Origin: Octopus sinensis
Lineage: Eukaryota
Length of the DNA stretch: 25,996 nucleotides
Direction: 5' to 3'
Assembly (NCBI RefSeq): GCF_006345805.1
Contig: NW_021836266.1
Span: 1 to 25,996, forward strand
Of the stretch, positions 20,587-25,996 are shown piece by piece; within the stretch, counting starts at the first letter, position 1; each line of letters opens with the position of its first letter. The translations under genes were made by a program, and so were the position numbers. The notes under the pieces were generated by a model. It was given only the letters and a program-made list of their open reading frames with translations, ran no database searches and was not told the origin of the DNA.

Positions 20587-20854
20587 TTCTCTCAAATACT
20601 AAATTTAATTCCATTCATCTCCAGACATTCCTGCAGTTTCTGCAGTTCACATTAGATTTGTTCCACTTGCTATAATAAGATTTGTCGGAATATTTCGAGG
20701 AAAATTCTTGGATTCTCGAAAATCACCAACCAAATCTATTTCGTTTTGTTTTTTGTTTTGTTTTATTTGTTTTTAATTTTGTCTTGTTTTACCTCAGAAT
20801 AATGATAATTGACTTAACATCCATAAAATACAGTCTCCTCCACCCCCTCCTCGT

Positions 20855-20907
20855 TATTATAATAATAATAGTAATAATAATAATTATTATTATTATTGTT
20901 GTTGTTG

Positions 20908-20975
<68 letters not shown>

Positions 20976-21339
20976 TTGTTGCTGTTTATAATTCTTTGTC
21001 TATTGTTGATGCTGTTGTGTTTTGTTCATCTCCTCGCTCCCTATCTGTGTGTCTCTGTTTGTCTGTCTCTCTATCTATCTCTATTTATTTCTGACACCCC
21101 TTCTTTCTCTCTCTCTCTTTTCCCCCTCTCTCTCTCCCTCTCCGCTGTGACGTACATAACCCTATACCATCGCCTTTATTTGCCAAAATAACGCTGTTGC
21201 ATTGGTCGCGGTAGATTTCGCATCTATATATATATATATTTCTTTTGCAAAGGTGTACGGCAGGGCGCGGTGTTGTATCATCACAGCTTGAAAATATACA
21301 CATCAAAGAAATGAAACTAACATCAGAGGACCAGAAATA

Positions 21340-21371
<32 letters not shown>

Positions 21372-21460
21372 TAACAACATCAACAACACTCACGCAGAAC
21401 AAAATAACAGCACCTACAATGTCGACGACGACGACGATGATGATGATGATGACGATGATG
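20855..21460. repeat. Microsatellite cluster: (AAT)->(ATT/GTT)n, (CT)n, (AAC)n, (GAC)(GAT)n
   Basis: Direct observation. Confidence 0.8.
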
Positions 21461-21813
21461 GCGTCAATAATAAAAGCAACAACAATTGTTTATACGAGAG
21501 AGATCTTTTACAGAGCCATTAAAAATGCTAGAAATTGCAACCAAATCACAATGGGCTGACTTAAAAATTAGAACGCAGCAGATTCGACAGTCCAGGGATT
21601 CCTCTCTACCTCCACCTCTCTTTCTTTATGTGCTCCATCCCTGTTTTACTGGCATCAGCAACACAGACCTCCACACCAAAGACTGAAGATTCCTAATCTT
21701 TCTTAAAGAAGGCACAACTGTGGTTTTCCGTTGTCTATTGCCAGTTTATCATCAGATTACTCTGCTCATATCCTGGTACTCTCTTGAGATTACCCTCGAG
21801 GTGCTGAGCCTAT

Positions 21814-22045
21814 AGGCGGCGAGCTGGCAGAATCGTTAGCACGCCGGGCGAAATACGTAGCCGTATTTCGTCTGTCGTTACGTTGTGAGTTCAAATTCCG
21901 CTGAGGTGGACTTTGCCTTTCATCCTTTCGGGGTCGATAAATTAAGTACCAGTTACGCACTGGGGTCGATGTAATCGACTTAATACCTATGTCTGTCCTT
22001 GTTTGTCCCTTCTGTGTTTAGCCCCTTGTGGGTAATAAAGAAATA
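21814..22045 (+). mobile_element. Full-length SINE family C copy with TSD
   Basis: GGT(G/A)CTGAGCCTAT at 21800-21813 and 22046-22059 (10 bp perfect). tRNA-like head ggcggcgagctggcagaatcgttagc...gagttcaaattcc. The central gcctttcatcctttcggggtcgataaattaagtaccag resembles, from memory, the Nin/Deu-type SINE domain. Confidence 0.9.
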
Positions 22046-22372
22046 GGTACTGAGCCTATTTAATCCTTAAACAGAGTGGTTGGTCCCACTTGATACCTGG
22101 ATATGGCATGTATACATATCCATAGAATCTGTGTGACACATGTCATGGAGCCAGTCTTCGAGTTTATATGTCATAGCCACAGAGCTATTTTCTGCTATTT
22201 GATGCATACCTGGGGGAAGGAAGGGCTTTGGCAATAGCTACCACTTCGGACAAGAGCAGGTATGGAAGTAGCGATGACTAAGGGTTATCTTGCATAGTCC
22301 GCCCCTCCTTAATTCATGAAATCTTCATGTTTTGTCAGAATCTTTGTCTAACAACAAAGAAAATATTAAATA

Positions 22373-22671
22373 CTAGCAGTATCGCCCGGCGTTGCTCGGG
22401 TTTGTAAGGGAAATAACTATATAAGCATTTTTAGAGTGTTACTTCCCTTATATAATAGCAAAAAAATGCATTAAAAATGGGAAAAAATGATGGTAAATTT
22501 GTTTTTAAATCGTAGACTCATCGTAGACGCGCGCTAATACCCAGAAGGGCTCGATATGAATCACGACTATAAGATACCCGCTTTTGGTTAAACTGCACCA
22601 CAAAATGTGGGAGTAGTTAGGAATCTAAATCGTAGGAGACAGACACACAACTTCACTTTTATATATAAAGG
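22373..22671 (-). mobile_element. Non-autonomous Helitron, 299 bp
   Basis: Minus strand: A|CC 5' end (TC in the sister copy), 3' hairpin CCCGAGCAACGCCGGG, then CTAG|T; no TSD. Confidence 0.85.
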
Positions 22672-23287
22672 TTAAAAGTAAACCCTCCTTAACGCACACG
22701 ACCATAATGATCCATGCACATAGCTGGTAACCCTGCCATAAAAATTTGCAATCTGACGAGGCTGATAAGCAGTAAAACTTCGAATTCATTAAACGTACGC
22801 CACTTCACGTGCGATGAGTTTTTTTTTTTTAGTTCCTTAGTTTATGTTCTCTGCTTTTATGTTTATTAAAAAAAAACCCTCCTTTCTCGGTCAAATTTGT
22901 TGATTACATTTGTCACAATGTAAAGTGAAAGTTATAAACTTCATAACTCCATCTATTATATTGCCCATACTTGTGCAACACTTTGTCTTAGGATCACCAT
23001 GCTTTTATAACAAGGAACAATAGCAACGAACTATATTACACTACAAACCACAAAATAAAGCAAGATAGAAAAATACTTGTAGATAATACACCCATACTGT
23101 ATAAAATTCTTTACAAAAATAGAAGCTTAATCATAGAAGCAAAACTTATACCGCCACACAAAGCTAAAATAATCTCACAAACAACACACATCTGAAAATC
23201 AACGTGCCACTACTGACGTAGAAGTCTAACCGTGAAAATCCTAGTATGGTAAAACCTACATAAGTTTGTGTGTGTGTATGTATGTAT

Positions 23288-23347
<60 letters not shown>

Positions 23348-23390
23348 GTGTGTGTGTGTGTGTGGTGTGGTGTTGTGTATGGGTGTGTGT

Positions 23391-23578
23391 GTGTGTAGAC
23401 GTGGCTGTGTGGTAAGTAGCTAGCTTACAACCACATGGTTCTGGGTTCAGTCCCACTGCATGGCACCTTGGGCAAGTGATTTCTTCTATGGCCTCGGGTC
23501 GACCAAAGCGCCTTGTGAGTGGATTTGGTAGACGGAAACTGAAAGAAGCCCGTCGTATATATATATTATATATATATA

Positions 23579-23652
<74 letters not shown>

Positions 23653-23888
23653 TTGTGTGTATACGTGTGTTTGTGTGTCTGTGTTTGTCACCCTACCATC
23701 GCTTGACAACCGATGCTGGTGTGTTTACGTCCCCGTAACATTAATCGTTCGGCAAAAAAGACCGATAGAATAAGTACTAGCCTTACGGAGAACAAGTCCT
23801 GGGATCGATTTGTTCGGCTAAAGGTGGTGCTCCAGCATGGCCGCAGTCAAATGACTAAAACACTTAAAGGAGTAAAAGAACAAAAGAA
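23391..23888 (+). mobile_element. tRNA-derived SINE family D with internal (AT)n(GT)n microsatellite
   Basis: Colinear with 5891-6346. Confidence 0.85.
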
Positions 23889-24135
23889 TAAGCACTATTG
23901 GTTTTGCCGTATACCTTATGTTAACCTCCTCAGTTTCGCACACGAAGCTGTCAGGAGACAATATCGAAACACGTCAGATATGCAAGCCAGAATTGCATAG
24001 CCTTTTTTATGCTGCAAACGAATGGACTTCAACTCATTTCGGTGATGATAAAAAGTTGAGAAATAATTTTTTTCCGGAGAAGAGTTATTGCTCGTGGATT
24101 AACCAAGGGTGAAACGTGTAAGCTGTGTGGGTATA

Positions 24136-24531
24136 TCTTTATATATAAAAGTGAAGTTGTGAGTCTGTCTCCTACGATTTAGATTCCTAACTACTCCCAC
24201 ATTTTGCGGTGCAGTGTAACCAAAACCGGGTATCTTATAGTCGTGATTCATATCGAGCCCTTCTGGGTATTAGCGCGCGTCTACGATGAGTCTACGATTA
24301 AAAAAAAAAATTACCATCATTTTTTCCCATTTTAATGCATTTTTTTGCTATTTATATAAGGGAAGTAACTCTCTAAAAATGTATTATTAAATCTCAGAAC
24401 GTAAAAAGCTCACAGTAACACCCCGCCTTTTTGGTTAGCCATATGAGATGGCTAATTACTTTAACATCTCTAAAAATGCTTATATAGTTATTTCCCTTAC
24501 AAACCCGAGTAACGCCGGGCGATACTGCTAG
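24136..24531 (+). mobile_element. Non-autonomous Helitron, 396 bp
   Basis: Canonical termini: A|TC at 24135/24136, GC hairpin CCCGAGTAACGCCGGG at 24504-24519, CTAG at 24528-24531 followed by T; reverse complement of 22373-22671 plus 97 bp. Confidence 0.9.
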
Positions 24532-24911
24532 TTTCTGATAAAAGAAATAAAAAAATAAAAAATCGGATATCACCACGTCACCATGCATCACCAATGAATG
24601 ACATCTATCGACAGGAAGTAACTCTTTTATTTCTTCGGAAAATATTTTTACCTCATTTTGCCATCACCGATCCAAACTAGAATCTATGTACTTCTGTTAT
24701 AACAGAATATATGCACTTCTGACCGGTATGTCTGAGCAGTGGTCAATATTGTCTAGTGACAATATTTGGTACGAAGCCAGCGCTAAAATTCTGGCCAATT
24801 AAGTGCCACTATTAGTAAGATATTCGTTGATGTAAAAAAAAAATGTGTAACCGATTTGTTATTTATATTGGGTATGTATTTTTTCTTGAATTATTGACAA
24901 CTAACATAATT

Positions 24912-24912
<1 letters not shown>

Positions 24913-24972
<60 letters not shown>

Positions 24973-25030
24973 ATCTATCTGTCTGTCTGTCTGTCTGTCT
25001 GCTGTCTATCCGTCTGTCTGTCTATCATCC

Positions 25031-25069
<39 letters not shown>

Positions 25070-25080
25070 ATCTATCTATT
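24913..25080 (+). repeat. (CTAT)n/(CTGT)n compound microsatellite
   Basis: Direct observation. Confidence 0.9.
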
Positions 25081-25349
25081 TGTGTATCTATGTTTTTTTT
25101 AATGTGTGAGGGAGAGTCGAGGTATATATCTATATATAACCATGCCAAAGATCTATAATCTTTTAAGGGATGTTTGCATCCTAGTTCTCCTGTTCAGTGT
25201 GAAAACTAAATGCTTAAATTTGCATGGGTAGTTAAAATATTTATGAATAAGAAAAGGAAAGAAAAGAAGAAATTGACGTGATAAACTGTCACCCCCCAAC
25301 GTCAATTTTCTCTATTTTCTTCTTTTTCTCATTCATTCATTCATTCATA

Positions 25350-25496
25350 TATAATAATAATAAAATAATAATAGAAATAATAATAATAATAATTATAATA
25401 ATAATAATAATAATAATAATACTAATTAGAATAATAATAATAATAATAATTATAATAATTATAATAATAATAATAATAATAATAATGATACTAATA

Positions 25497-25527
<31 letters not shown>

Positions 25528-25577
25528 TAATTAATAATAATAATATAATAATAATATAATAATAATAATAATAATTG

Positions 25578-25616
<39 letters not shown>

Positions 25617-25755
25617 TATAATAATAATAATAATGATAATAATCATAATAATAATAATAATAATAATCTAATAATAATAATAATAATAAGATAATAATAA
25701 ATACTAATAAAATATAATAATAATAATAATAATATAAAATAATAATAATACTAAC
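25350..25755 (+). repeat. Long degenerate (AAT)n microsatellite
   Basis: Direct observation. Confidence 0.9.
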
Positions 25756-25996
25756 ACACACATACACACACTGAAAAGGAGGAACACTATCGCCTGTATT
25801 TTATGTGTGTGCATTTTTGTTTATCGCTTCTTTGCTTTTTTTTAAGAGGAAAATGTTTTACGATCCAGACAAATCACTTCTCCAATTAAGTTTAAAGAAT
25901 CAAATTATGATTGCAATTACCTTTGATCGATCGTTATACGATGTGCTGTAGCCATTGTTTTGTGTTTATTGTATCATTGTTTCTATTATTAATGAA

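Noticed and set aside
21480-22330. GC-balanced stretch interrupted by the 21814 SINE, possibly an old transposon
   Set aside because: Frames examined have frequent stops and no recognisable motif, and there is no second copy in the window; a repeat-library search is needed before calling it.

Overview
AT-rich, intron-containing eukaryotic DNA that is extremely rich in microsatellites and SINEs. The repeat content looks like a coleoid cephalopod, probably Octopus; this is inferred from remembered repeat families, not from a database search. One real gene is visible on the + strand: the last two coding exons (9169-9306 and 10858-11114, joined by a phase-1 GT-AG intron) of a four-TM claudin/PMP22/EMP/MP20-superfamily membrane protein. 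Its N-terminal exons could not be placed with confidence. The rest is intron/intergenic DNA: about 15 tRNA-derived SINE copies (several with clear target-site duplications and interchangeable 3' tails), two decayed L1/Tx1-like LINE fragments, a 5'-truncated RLE-type (R4/Dong-like) LINE in an (AAT)n tract, two copies of an unclassified (AAT)n-flanked repeat, an inverted pair of non-autonomous Helitrons, 140-bp and ~1-kb tandem duplications, and many microsatellites, several of which switch strand to form fold-back palindromes. Nearly all ORFs in the supplied track are microsatellite translations. I found no prokaryote-type system (CRISPR, operon). The most unusual structures are the fold-back LINE 3'-end palindrome at 16605-17282, the microsatellite-anchored retroelement nest, SINE module shuffling and the inverted repeats within the gene's introns.
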